DNA of 64,000 nucleotides from an uncultured delta proteobacterium (GCA_963713045.1 CAVQKE010000003.1:1088001-1152000), one strand, 5' to 3'. Positions 8,510-18,040 are shown, numbered from the stretch's first letter. A program made the numbers and translations. Notes: generated by a model not told the origin, from the letters alone.

Positions 8510-9511
8510 CTAAAGCCCGTAGCGGGCCCCAAAGACGAAGACGACGTCGTTGGCGATGCCGTTGACGACGGGGTTCTCGGTAATGCCGAGCCAGAATTCC
8601 CAGTCCGAGTGGGTGCGAAACATCCAGCCGAAGTCGAGCGAGCCGTCGCCGATGTCCAGCGGTGGGTCGTAGGTGTGGTGGTAGATGGGCGACTGCAGGA
8701 AAAAGTTGGCGTAGAGGAAGTTGCGCTCGCTCAGCCGGGCCTTCAGTCCCAAGGACAGGGATTCGAAAACCACGTTTTGGTACGGCTCGAGAAGGCCGCC
8801 CCCGGCCTTGGGCGTGGCGCCCACACCCAAGGTGGCTTGAAGCTGAAGCCAAGACCAGAGAAAGGGCGTCTGGTAGGTGAGCATGGCACCGAACTGCACA
8901 GTGTGCGCCGCGTAGCCGCTCACCCAGGCCGTCGGCAGCACCACCACGCCGAGCAGCTGCAGGTTGGGGCCCAGCATCCACCCCACCCCAAGGGTGGTGT
9001 CGAGCAGCGTCAGCCCGACCGGCTTGAAGGTTTGCCGCTCCGTTCCCACCTGGAAGTAATAGCCGAATTTGTTGATGGGCCGCATCGCCCGCGCCGGGTA
9101 GGGAATGCCAAACAGGCCGTGGTACCAGTTGAGGAATTGGTCCATGAAGCCGGCGTACGCCCCCTGAACGCCTCCCATCGCGAGCAGGAAGAGGCTGGGC
9201 GAGAGCTTCAGGGTGAATGCGAAGTCGAGGTGCCCAATCTCAGCGTCCAGCAGCACCGAGTTGTGGCTGTTGTAGAGGAGGATGGCACTCGCGTAGTCCA
9301 AGCGCGCTGAGACGGCGAAGCAGCCCTTGGGCATGAGCAGCGGCGGGGCAAACAACGCGCTCCGCTCGTATTCGAGCGGGACGGTGGTGGTGTAGAGGGG
9401 CTGCCCGGGAAAGTCCGCCCAGGCCTCCCACGCGGAGTCTGCTGGCGAGGCCTCAGCCGCCGCGCCAGACGTCGCCGCAAGAAGAAGAAGGAAAAGGTGG
9501 GGGAGCGGCAT
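8510..9511 (-). CDS. DUF3187-like exported/outer-membrane beta-barrel protein
   Basis: Signal peptide, a GFMDQFLNWYHGLFGIP motif, aromatic alternating strands and a C-terminal FGARYGL. Confidence 0.65.
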   Translation of the reverse strand: MPLPHLFLLLLAATSGAAAEASPADSAWEAWADFPGQPLYTTTVPLEYERSALFAPPLLMPKGCFAVSARLDYASAILLYNSHNSVLLDAEIGHLDFAFTLKLSPSLFLLAMGGVQGAYAGFMDQFLNWYHGLFGIPYPARAMRPINKFGYYFQVGTERQTFKPVGLTLLDTTLGVGWMLGPNLQLLGVVVLPTAWVSGYAAHTVQFGAMLTYQTPFLWSWLQLQATLGVGATPKAGGGLLEPYQNVVFESLSLGLKARLSERNFLYANFFLQSPIYHHTYDPPLDIGDGSLDFGWMFRTHSDWEFWLGITENPVVNGIANDVVFVFGARYGL

Positions 9512-9541
9512 TCGCCCTAGAAAGGGAACGGCCGGCGCACT

Positions 9542-11116
9542 CTAGAGGAGACGCTGAAACTCCCGAAGCTCCATTCGCCAAACCGGCAGGCCGCAGAAGC
9601 GCGACCCCTCTGGACAAAACGGGGTGACAGAAGCCTCCCGGCGAAGCGTGCAAGGCGGCGCCAGGTGTCGGGCGATGAGCGGATGGACGGCTGCCAGCTG
9701 CTCCACTTCCTGCAGCGAGGCGCGCCAAATCTCCTCCTGTGCCGTGTAGCACAGTCGGTGCACCCACTTGTGGTGGAAGTGCAGCAGTTCCCCCGACTCG
9801 AGAAAGCGGATGGGGAAGGCGTTGGGGAGGAGGTACAGCGCCGCTTCGGTCGGCACCCCCGCGTCGAGCAGCCCTTCGATGGCTCGCCACGACGTCTGGG
9901 CGGTCGCGAAAAAGAGGTCCAAGGCCTCTGGCACCTCGGCCAGAAGGGCGGGCACCACCACGTCCGGCTCGCCAGGGAGGAATTGCGCGGCCAGCACCGG
10001 GCGGCTTCCGGGCGTCATGCGGTGGCGCTGGTCCTGGCTGTCGGCGGTGTGGCTCAGCTTCTTCTGGAAGGTGTAGCTGGCATGGGCCAGCGCCCGCGTC
10101 AGCTTGCCGTGGGTGGTGAGGACCAGCGCCTCAGAGAGGTAGGGGTTGTGCTTGGGGGAGAGCACCCTCTCCAGGGCGTCGGCATCCGAGAGGGCTTCGC
10201 GGGGCAAGCCGAGGACGCTGCGGACGCCCTGGGCCACCGCCTCCTGCGCGCGGGCGCCATAGTCCACCAAGAGACTCACCCGGCCCCCAAGGGCTTGGTC
10301 GAATTCGCTGCGGTGCAGGCGCGCTGCCCCACTGCCCACCCCCAGCGCGCGGTCCGCCAGCGTCCGGGCCTCGTGCGTCTCTTCGAGAGGCACGCTGTCC
10401 TCGACGTCCCGGAAGAAGAGGGGGTCCACCTTCTCCACCTCCGCCACCATCGCGTCCACCAACAGGCGCGTCTCGCTGGGGACGTCCGAGGCATTCACCA
10501 AGCGGTGGTAGCGGTGCAGGGTGAGGCCCGAGACGGTGTGGTACAGGTGGGCGAAGGTGCCAATGGGCAGCACGTACCGCGCCACCTCCTGCACCCGCTT
10601 CTGCAGCGTACTGGCCCACTTCTCTGCTGTGCGCCGACGGGCCGGGAAAATCCGGTAAAATTCCTCGGCCGCCCGCGGAAGCAGCAGCGTGGAGAGGCGG
10701 CTGTAGGCCTGCATCTGCGTCTGGACGGTGCTTCGGTAAAGCGCCTCCTCGGCTTCCGGCAGCACCGGCACCAGCACGCGGTCCGGCTTGACGGCCACAT
10801 AGCGTTGGCTGACTTGCTCTGAGTTGTAGAAGGGGTGGGCGTGCAGAAAGCTCCAGATGCACTGCCGACTCACGTTTTCCAGGGCAAACTGGAAAGTCGC
10901 GTGCTGCAGCGTGGTGTGGTGGCCCGCTTGGTACGTCTCTCGGGCGATGCGGTCCCGCAGTGCCCGGGACTTCTCGTCGCGCCGGACGTCTTCCGGCGTC
11001 ACCACCCGCGGCGCGTAGCAGGTGCGGGCGGTGGCCACGGCATTGTCGAAGGCTTCGACAAAGCCGTTGGTCAGCCGGGCAGTGGGCAGGGGCGAGCGGA
11101 AAGCCAAAGGCGGCAT
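9542..11116 (-). CDS. thyX: FAD-dependent thymidylate synthase, tandem two-domain ThyX
   Basis: ARTCY, GHHTTLQH, SQRYV and EVARYVLP in domain 1. QDQRHR, ALYLLPNA, RLC..AQEEI and CPEG in domain 2. 524 aa. Confidence 0.85.
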   Translation of the reverse strand: MPPLAFRSPLPTARLTNGFVEAFDNAVATARTCYAPRVVTPEDVRRDEKSRALRDRIARETYQAGHHTTLQHATFQFALENVSRQCIWSFLHAHPFYNSEQVSQRYVAVKPDRVLVPVLPEAEEALYRSTVQTQMQAYSRLSTLLLPRAAEEFYRIFPARRRTAEKWASTLQKRVQEVARYVLPIGTFAHLYHTVSGLTLHRYHRLVNASDVPSETRLLVDAMVAEVEKVDPLFFRDVEDSVPLEETHEARTLADRALGVGSGAARLHRSEFDQALGGRVSLLVDYGARAQEAVAQGVRSVLGLPREALSDADALERVLSPKHNPYLSEALVLTTHGKLTRALAHASYTFQKKLSHTADSQDQRHRMTPGSRPVLAAQFLPGEPDVVVPALLAEVPEALDLFFATAQTSWRAIEGLLDAGVPTEAALYLLPNAFPIRFLESGELLHFHHKWVHRLCYTAQEEIWRASLQEVEQLAAVHPLIARHLAPPCTLRREASVTPFCPEGSRFCGLPVWRMELREFQRLL

Positions 11117-11202
11117 GGGGCGCACCCTCTCTACAATGTCCACCCCACCCCCGGGCCGCCCCGCGGGGGACGCCTGGCCCCGAAGCAAAGTCCATCGCCT
11201 GG

Positions 11203-11235
11203 TGCTACAATCGAAACCGCTTCTCATTCTCAAAA
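11203..11235 (+). promoter_or_regulatory. extended -10 promoter (TGcTACAAT) overlapped by a Fur-box-like element
   Basis: TGCTACAAT at 11203-11211, then AATCGAAACCGCTTCTCATTCTCAA. This is an AT-rich island about 60-80 nt upstream of the FTR1 gene. Confidence 0.55.
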
Positions 11236-11289
11236 TTAACACCGACAGGAGCCGGTTTCCCGGGGGTGCCCCCCCGGGCATTGCCCAGC

Positions 11290-13146
11290 ATGCGTCCCCT
11301 CTGCCTCAGCCTGTTGGTGCTTGTGGCCACGGGCCCGGCGCTCGCCCTGGCCGGGACGCCTTCCCCCTCGGCTGCCAGCTGGCAGCGCGTGGTGGGGCTT
11401 CTGCAATACCTCTCCTCGGACTACCCGGCGGCGGTGAAGTCGGCGGACCCCGCAGAGTTGGCCGAGCAGCGGGCGTTGGTGACGGACGCCGAGGCGGCCC
11501 TTGAGGAGTTGAACGCCGAGGGCCAGCCCTTCCGGCCTCAGTTGGACGCCATCGCCGCCCGCATTGCGGCGGGGACGGACGCTGCGGGCGTGGCCCGGGA
11601 CTGCCAGGCCCTGGTGGACGCGCTGGCGCGGGCCGGGGGGCTGCAGCGCAGCCCGCGCAGTGCGCCGGACATGCAGCAGGCGGCGCAGCTGTACCGGGAG
11701 GGCTGCGCGGCCTGCCACGCGACAGACGGCAGCGGCGACACCCCCGTCGCCGCCGGCCTGGTACCGCCGCCGGCGGACCTCCGCGCTGGCAGAATGGACA
11801 GCTTCACCCCCTACCGCGCCTTCAACGTCCTGTCCCTGGGCGTCCAGGGCACCGCCATGCCTTCGTATGAGGGCCTCAGCGAGGAGGAGCGCTGGGCGCT
11901 GGCCTTCTACGTGTTGACGCTTCGCCAGCCAGTCTGCACCCACACCCCACCCCGTGCCGCGCTCGAGCTTTTGGCCAACTCCACCGACGCGCAGCTGGCG
12001 AAGCAATTTGGCGCGAGCGAGGTGCCTTGCCTGCGTCGCCTTCTGCCAAGGCAGGACGTTGCAGCGGCGGTGGCCGCCAGCCTGGACGGCATCCAGCGGG
12101 CCCGCCGCCTGGGTGCCTCCGGAGACTTCACCGCCGCCCGCCAGGCGCTGGTGGACACCTACCTCTTCGCCTTCGAGCCGGTGGAGCCCGCCCTGCGCGC
12201 GCGGCACCCGACCCTCGTCCAGCGCTTCGAGGAAGGCTTCCTCCGCGCCCGCGCCTACGCCGAGCACCGGGACGGGCGTTTTCTCGGCGAAGTGGACGCC
12301 CTCAGTGGCCTTCTGGAGGACGCAGCCCAGGCGCCTTCCGGCGCCCCGGAGGCCACCACCGTCTTCTGGCTGGCCCTGTTGGTGGTGGTGCGCGAGGGCT
12401 TCGAGGTGGTCATCGTCATCGCCGCCCTCTTGGCGGTGCTGAAGAAAGTGGGGCAGCTGGACAAGGCCCGCCTGGTGCACGCCGGCTGGGTGCTGGCGCT
12501 GGTGGCCGGTGCGCTGTGCTTCGCCTTCGGCCGCACGCTTCTGGCCGGCGTCAATCGCGAGGTGATGGAGGGGGTGGCCGGACTTTTGGCCAGCGCGATG
12601 CTGGTCTACGCCGCGCTGTGGCTCAACGCCAAAAGCAACCTGCGCCGCTACATGGGGGAGTTGAAGGGGCGCATGCAAGGCGCGCTCGGCCGGAGCAGCG
12701 GCTTCGGGCTCTTCACCATTTCCTTCACCGCCCTCTTCCGAGAAAGCTTCGAGACCGCCGTCTTCCTCGAGGGGCTGTCCATTGACTCTCCGCGCGGCGC
12801 GCTTCTGGGGGCCGCCGCTGGGCTGGCCATCATGGCAGCCCTGGTGCTGCTCATCCGCCGGGTGGGGTACGTGCTGCCGATGAAGCCCCTCTTCACCTTC
12901 TCCACCTGGGTGCTGTACGGCACCGCGGTGGCGCTGCTCGGCCAAGGGTTGCACGCCTTCCAGGAAACCGGTTTGCTTCCCGTCGTCCCCGTGCGCGGCC
13001 CGCGGCTGGACCTCCTCGGCCTTTACCCGGATGCCCTCACCCTGCTGCCGCAGCTCGCCCTCCTCCTCGTCCCGTTGGGCCTGTGGTGGTGGCGCCACCG
13101 GGGTGACACCTCGGCCGGGACCCTCGAGCGTCCACGGCAGGCCTAG
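11290..13146 (+). CDS. cytochrome c-fused FTR1/EfeU high-affinity iron permease (PbrT-like)
   Basis: Signal peptide, LQYLSSDY, a CAACH heme motif, GTAMPSY and two RExxE motifs (REGFE, RESFE) in the membrane domain. Confidence 0.92.
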   Translation: MRPLCLSLLVLVATGPALALAGTPSPSAASWQRVVGLLQYLSSDYPAAVKSADPAELAEQRALVTDAEAALEELNAEGQPFRPQLDAIAARIAAGTDAAGVARDCQALVDALARAGGLQRSPRSAPDMQQAAQLYREGCAACHATDGSGDTPVAAGLVPPPADLRAGRMDSFTPYRAFNVLSLGVQGTAMPSYEGLSEEERWALAFYVLTLRQPVCTHTPPRAALELLANSTDAQLAKQFGASEVPCLRRLLPRQDVAAAVAASLDGIQRARRLGASGDFTAARQALVDTYLFAFEPVEPALRARHPTLVQRFEEGFLRARAYAEHRDGRFLGEVDALSGLLEDAAQAPSGAPEATTVFWLALLVVVREGFEVVIVIAALLAVLKKVGQLDKARLVHAGWVLALVAGALCFAFGRTLLAGVNREVMEGVAGLLASAMLVYAALWLNAKSNLRRYMGELKGRMQGALGRSSGFGLFTISFTALFRESFETAVFLEGLSIDSPRGALLGAAAGLAIMAALVLLIRRVGYVLPMKPLFTFSTWVLYGTAVALLGQGLHAFQETGLLPVVPVRGPRLDLLGLYPDALTLLPQLALLLVPLGLWWWRHRGDTSAGTLERPRQA

Positions 13147-13173
13147 CGCGCGCAGGCCAAGGGCCCGGGCGCG

Positions 13174-14625
13174 ATGAGCGAGTCCAGTGGCCTGCTTCAG
13201 CGAGCCCAGGCAGCCATGCTGGCCCGCGGCTTCCTCCCGGACTTTGCGCCCGAGGTGCTGGCCGAGCTCGCCCGCGTGCTGGCCGCGCCCCCTGCGGCGT
13301 CGCCGGCGGAGGACTTGCGGGGGCTGCTCTGGTCCTCCATTGACAACGACGACTCGCTTGACCTCGACCAGATTGAAGTGGCCGAGGACGTGGGCGACGG
13401 CACCATCCGCCTCAAAGTCGCCATCGCCGACGTCGATGGCAGCGTCCGGCAAGGCGGGGCTCTGGACGCGCACGCCGCCCACAACACCACCTCGGTGTAC
13501 GCCGGGGTCACCGTCTTCACCATGCTGCCGCAGCCCCTCAGCTACCAGGGCACCTCGCTGAAACAGGACGCGGACCGCCCGGCACTGGTCATCTCATTTC
13601 GGGTGCATCCGGACGGCACGCTCGACGAGGAGGGGGTGGCACGGGCGGTGGTGCGCAACAAGGCCAAGCTCGCCTACTCCGGGCTGGCCGAGTGGCTTTC
13701 CGGAAAGGCCAGCGTGCCCAGCCGGGTGCTGGCCCTTTCGGGCCTGCAGCAGCAGCTGCAGCTTCAAAACCGCGCCACCTTGGCCCTGCGCGCCCGCCGC
13801 GTCGAGCAAGGCGCCCTGGACTTGGACACCCTGGAGGCGAGGCCGGTGATGGCCAATGGCCAGGTGGTGGACCTGGTGCTTCAGCCGGACAGCCGCTCGC
13901 GGCAGCTGATTGAAGACTTGATGGTGGCCAGCAACGGCGTCATGGCGCGCTTCCTCGCCGGGCACCAGCGCTCCTCCATTGCCCGGGTGGTGAGAGTGCC
14001 CAAGCGCTGGGAGCGAATTGTCGAGCTCGCCAAGGGCCTCGGGACAACGCTTCCGTCGACGCCCGACTCGGCCGCGTTGGAACGCTTTCTCCTCAGCCAG
14101 AAGGCCTCGGACGCGCTGCACTTCCCGGACCTGTCGTTGGCCGTGGTGAAGCTGCTCGGGCCCGGAGAATATGACTTGCAACGCGCTGGCGCGCCGCGCC
14201 TCGGCCACTTCGGCCTGGCCGTCGGGGACTACACCCACTCCACCGCGCCCAACCGCCGGTTTGCAGACCTCGTCATCCAGCGCTTGGTGAAGGCGGTGCT
14301 CGACCCCGGGGTGACGCCCTACACCGACGCGGAACTGCAGGCGGTGGCCGCTCGCTGCACACAGATGGAGGATGGCGCACGGCGCGTGGAGCGCTTGGTG
14401 CGGAAAATGGCCGCGGCCGAGCTGCTTCGTCGGCGCGTCGGCCAAGTGTTTGACGGCATTGTCACCGGCGTCACGGACAAGGGCACTTTTGCCCGGCTGC
14501 TGCAGCCGCCGGCCGAGGGCCGGGTGGTGCGGGGCGAGCAGGGCTTGGACGTCGGCGACATGGTGCGGCTCAAGCTTCTGGCCACCGACCCGGTGCGCGG
14601 CTTCATCGACTTTGCTCGGGCCTAA
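13174..14625 (+). CDS. RNB-domain exoribonuclease (RNase II/R family, short form)
   Basis: SIDNDDSLDLDQ, VAIADV, LIEDLMV, HFGLA, YTHSTAPNRRFADL and a C-terminal S1-like domain. Confidence 0.92.
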   Translation: MSESSGLLQRAQAAMLARGFLPDFAPEVLAELARVLAAPPAASPAEDLRGLLWSSIDNDDSLDLDQIEVAEDVGDGTIRLKVAIADVDGSVRQGGALDAHAAHNTTSVYAGVTVFTMLPQPLSYQGTSLKQDADRPALVISFRVHPDGTLDEEGVARAVVRNKAKLAYSGLAEWLSGKASVPSRVLALSGLQQQLQLQNRATLALRARRVEQGALDLDTLEARPVMANGQVVDLVLQPDSRSRQLIEDLMVASNGVMARFLAGHQRSSIARVVRVPKRWERIVELAKGLGTTLPSTPDSAALERFLLSQKASDALHFPDLSLAVVKLLGPGEYDLQRAGAPRLGHFGLAVGDYTHSTAPNRRFADLVIQRLVKAVLDPGVTPYTDAELQAVAARCTQMEDGARRVERLVRKMAAAELLRRRVGQVFDGIVTGVTDKGTFARLLQPPAEGRVVRGEQGLDVGDMVRLKLLATDPVRGFIDFARA

Positions 14626-15128
14626 CCCGCCCGCGCCATCACCCAGTCCGTCTGGACGTCCGCGCCCACCTGGCAGGGCTGCTCGCCCACCCGGACAAAC
14701 CCCTGCTTCTGGTAGAAGCGAATGGCCCGGTCGTTGTGCTCCCATACCCCGAGCCAGACGTCGTCGCGTCCCTGCTGCCGCGCCAGCTGCAGGACGGCCT
14801 CCATCAGGGCTTGCGCGGCGCCGGAACCGTGCCAGGCGGCCTCCACGTAGAAGCGGGAGATTTGCAGTGGCCGGCTCCCGCGCGCGGTGGGGGGCCCTTT
14901 TGCAAGCTTGGCGTAAGCCACCGGGGCGCCTTGGGCCGACAGCAGTAGGAAGTGCACCGAGGCGTCTTGCAGCTCCGCGCGCTGCAGCGCCGGGCCGAAG
15001 GTGCTCTTCAGGTAGGCGGCCATGTCCTCCGGGGTGTTGTCCTTGGCAAACGTCTCGACAAAAATCCGCCGGCCGAGGTCGGCCAGGGTCTCCGCATCCT
15101 CGAGGGTGGCCGGCCGGATGGTGAACAA
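14622..15128 (-). CDS. GNAT acetyltransferase (PaiA-like)
   Basis: IRPATLED, FVETF, RFYV..HGSG and WLGVWEHNDRAIRFYQKQGF. TTG start inferred. Confidence 0.88.
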   Translation of the reverse strand: MFTIRPATLEDAETLADLGRRIFVETFAKDNTPEDMAAYLKSTFGPALQRAELQDASVHFLLLSAQGAPVAYAKLAKGPPTARGSRPLQISRFYVEAAWHGSGAAQALMEAVLQLARQQGRDDVWLGVWEHNDRAIRFYQKQGFVRVGEQPCQVGADVQTDWVMARAG

Positions 15129-15251
15129 GAAAAAAACCTCGACGAAGGGCGAAGGCTTGGGGGAAGGGGCTGGCGGCGGCGCGCCCCGGGGCCCCACAAG
15201 GTTGGCCTGGAGCCGGTGGGGGCCGCAAGGCACTTTTCGGGGGGGCCCGCC

Positions 15252-16766
15252 TCAGCTGCGGGTCCAGCCAGCACCTTGTGGGCGCGCTTCGGCCTCGGCG
15301 GCCAGCTTCTCCAGAATGGCCAGCGTGCTGCGTTCGGCCACCGGCGGCCAGACGCCGGGCGTGTCCGCATAGGCCTCCCGGGCCAGCTCCTCCAAGGTAA
15401 GCGGCTGGCTTTGCAGAGCGGCCTTCACCCGCGCCTCCCGCGCCGCCCGGTGGGCGAGGTAGCCCTCCAGGGCCAAGGGGCCATCGGGCAGCGGCGGCCC
15501 ATGGGCCGGGTACAGGGCGCGCACCGGAAGGTCGCGCAACCGGCGCAGCTGGCGGAGGTACTCCGCCATGTCCCCTTCCGGCGGGTCAATGAGGATGGTG
15601 CCGATGCCCGCCACCATGTCCCCCACCACCGCGGCGCGGCTGGCCTCGTCCAGAAGGCACAGGTGTCCCCGTGCATGCCCCGGGGTGTGCAGCACCCGGA
15701 AGCGCATGTCCGGCTCACCCTGAAGCCTCAGCACTTCGCCGTCGGCCAGGACGCGGCCAATCGGGACGTCCAGCCGGTCGGCGGTCCGCGCGTGGCACCA
15801 CACCGGGAGCCCCAGCTGCGCGTGGAGTGGCCCGGCGCCGCCGATGTGGTCCAGATGGTGGTGGGTGAGGAAAATGGCGCGCGCCCGAAGCCCGGCGTGG
15901 GCGAGCTCGGCCAGGCGTTGGACAAGGCGCTGCACCTCCCCGGCCTCCGAGGCACCCGGGTCCACCACCAGCAGCTCTCCGTTGCCGAGCAGCCAGCAGT
16001 TGGTGTGCGTCGCCGGCAGCAGGGTCGGCGTCCGCAGGGCGAGCAGCCGCACGCCACGCTGAAATTCCACCGGGTGGGCCGTGGGGCCCTCGGCCGAGGT
16101 GGCCAGGACCAGGGAAGCGCGCGCCGCCTCCAGGGAGGGAGAAACCAGCAGCGCCTGCAGGGTGAAGTGGTTGGGGGGGTGAAGCAGCGCGCGGCCCTCG
16201 GCCCAAGCCAGAAGCGCGTCCACCGGGGAAATCCAGGCCCCTTCGGCCAGCTCCCCCGGCCACACCTCGGCGTGCGCCTCGGCCTCCACCTCCACCAGGA
16301 AAACCCGGGCGTCAAAGCGCACCGGCATGAAGCTGGGGGTGACCCAGCGCCCGGCCGGTAGAAAGTCCTGGGCCTCCAGGTGCAGGCCAAACTCGGCCAG
16401 CACGGCCGAGAAGGGACGTCTTCCCGAAAGCAGCGCGGAGCGGGCCTCGCGCAGGGCAGCAGCGGCCGGCGTCGGCCCGCGCGCCCTCAGGACGCCCGTC
16501 TCCTCGAAGAGTTCCCGGGCAGCCGCCACCCGCAGGGTGGCCTCCTCTCCGCTGGCGCCCTCCACGCTGAGGGTACGGTCGCCCTGGTCCACCCGCCCAC
16601 CGGGGAAAGCGTAGAAGCCGGCGGCGAAGGACAGTGCCGTCCCGCGCCGCAGCCAAAAGACTTCCCACCCCCCGCCGGCTGCCGGGCGGACCAGGACCGC
16701 CACCGCTGCGTCCTTGGGCGGACTGGGGTCCGCCGGCGGAGGCATTCCAGGAAAGGCCTCGCTCAC
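15252..16766 (-). CDS. Nudix hydrolase-metallo-beta-lactamase (LACTB2-like) fusion
   Basis: FPGGRVD...AAARELFEETG split Nudix box, then THHHLDHIGG, HTPGHARGH, GD and PAHG MBL motifs, and a short C-terminal helical tail. Confidence 0.9.
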   Translation of the reverse strand: MSEAFPGMPPPADPSPPKDAAVAVLVRPAAGGGWEVFWLRRGTALSFAAGFYAFPGGRVDQGDRTLSVEGASGEEATLRVAAARELFEETGVLRARGPTPAAAALREARSALLSGRRPFSAVLAEFGLHLEAQDFLPAGRWVTPSFMPVRFDARVFLVEVEAEAHAEVWPGELAEGAWISPVDALLAWAEGRALLHPPNHFTLQALLVSPSLEAARASLVLATSAEGPTAHPVEFQRGVRLLALRTPTLLPATHTNCWLLGNGELLVVDPGASEAGEVQRLVQRLAELAHAGLRARAIFLTHHHLDHIGGAGPLHAQLGLPVWCHARTADRLDVPIGRVLADGEVLRLQGEPDMRFRVLHTPGHARGHLCLLDEASRAAVVGDMVAGIGTILIDPPEGDMAEYLRQLRRLRDLPVRALYPAHGPPLPDGPLALEGYLAHRAAREARVKAALQSQPLTLEELAREAYADTPGVWPPVAERSTLAILEKLAAEAEARPQGAGWTRS

Positions 16767-18040
16767 CGGCCACCTGGCTGAAGGGGGGCCACCGCCAGTC
16801 GCGCGGCGGCGAGTTGCTCGGGGCGAACGTAGGCCCGGGACAGCCTCACCGCAGCGGCGTAGCGGTGGTACAGCGGGGTGTAGCGTGCCACCGGCGTCAG
16901 TCGGCCGCTCGTCTCGTCCAGAATGTAGAGGCTCGGGCCGGCGGTGCCGTCGAAGTACTTGGAGAGGGGAGTCTCCGACTCCACCTCGAAGTGCTCCACC
17001 TGGGCCTTGTCCAGGGCCTCGGCCAGCTTGCCCAAGTCATAGCCCTCGTCGCGTTCGGTGAATTGGGCGAGCAACTTGAAGCCCGAGCGGGAGACAATGC
17101 GCTTCGCCCAGCGGTTGGTGGAGCGCCGCAGCGCGGACATCAGCGCCACGTCATCGCAGTAGAGGAAGGCCAGCGGGTCGGAGGGAATCTCGAATTCCCC
17201 TCGGGCCTCCCGGTAGAAGGCGGCCAGCATCCAGTCGAAGGCCACCGCGGTGTGGTGCAGGTACACCGAGAGAAACATGTGGTAGCGGCTGAGGAGAAAG
17301 TCCTCAAAGGCGAAAGCGGCGCTGCGGCTTAAGGCCAACTCCACCCGTCCCTCGACGTGGGCCGGGTGGAGGTTTTGGATGAGCCAGTCCAAGTCAAAGC
17401 GCCCGTAGTTGACGCCGGTGTAGAAGGAGTCGCGAAGCAGGTAGTCCATCCGGTCGGCGTCCAATTCCCCGGACACCAGCGCGCGCAGAAGCGGCGTCCA
17501 GTCTGCGCCCTGGTGGGTGAAGTCCAGACCGCCAGGCGGCGTCCGGTGGGCCACCAGTGCCACCAGCGCCTCGGGGCCCAAGCCTTGGGTGGCCAGCCGG
17601 GAGCGCACCAGGTCTGCCAGGCTGCTCTGCAAGAGGAGTTGCGCTGTGAAGTCTTCGTGGGTGGCCTGGCCGGCGGGTTCCGTCACCCAGGCGGGAAGCT
17701 TCAAGCTGGCCCGCGCCGGTGCAATCCGCTCCGAGGCATGGGACAGGGGCATGTGGCCGAGGTCATGGCAGAGGGTGGCCAGCCGCACCGCGCTGCGGAA
17801 GCGGGCCCGGGTGGCTTCGGGCAAGTTGGCCCGGGCGGCGATGCCGTCAAACAGGCGCCCCACCACGTGCATCGCCCCAAGTCCATGGGCGTGCCGGGTG
17901 TGGGTGGCGCCGGGAAAGGCCAGCTCGCCGAAGCCCAGCTGCCGCACGTGGCGCAGCCGCTGGTAGTAGGGGCTGTCGACGACGGCGGCTTCGTCGTCCG
18001 AGACGGGCAAGGTGCCGTGAATGGGGTCGCGGATGCGCAT
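16763..18040 (-). CDS. HD-domain phosphohydrolase, SAMHD1/YwfO-like dNTP triphosphohydrolase family
   Basis: IRDPIHG, QRLRHVRQLG, FPGATHTR..H, CHDLGH.PLSH and LDADRMDYLLRDS. Confidence 0.9.
   Translation of the reverse strand: MRIRDPIHGTLPVSDDEAAVVDSPYYQRLRHVRQLGFGELAFPGATHTRHAHGLGAMHVVGRLFDGIAARANLPEATRARFRSAVRLATLCHDLGHMPLSHASERIAPARASLKLPAWVTEPAGQATHEDFTAQLLLQSSLADLVRSRLATQGLGPEALVALVAHRTPPGGLDFTHQGADWTPLLRALVSGELDADRMDYLLRDSFYTGVNYGRFDLDWLIQNLHPAHVEGRVELALSRSAAFAFEDFLLSRYHMFLSVYLHHTAVAFDWMLAAFYREARGEFEIPSDPLAFLYCDDVALMSALRRSTNRWAKRIVSRSGFKLLAQFTERDEGYDLGKLAEALDKAQVEHFEVESETPLSKYFDGTAGPSLYILDETSGRLTPVARYTPLYHRYAAAVRLSRAYVRPEQLAAARLAVAPLQPGGR

Noticed and set aside
11236..13482. Long antisense ORFs (748 aa here; also 59130..61004, 13594..15228, 46179..47741 and others)
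   Set aside because: These are shadow ORFs of well-supported genes in GC-rich DNA and carry no motifs.
15252..16100. Antibiotic-hydrolysing metallo-beta-lactamase
   Set aside because: It is cytoplasmic, Nudix-fused and has LACTB2/glyoxalase II-like motifs.
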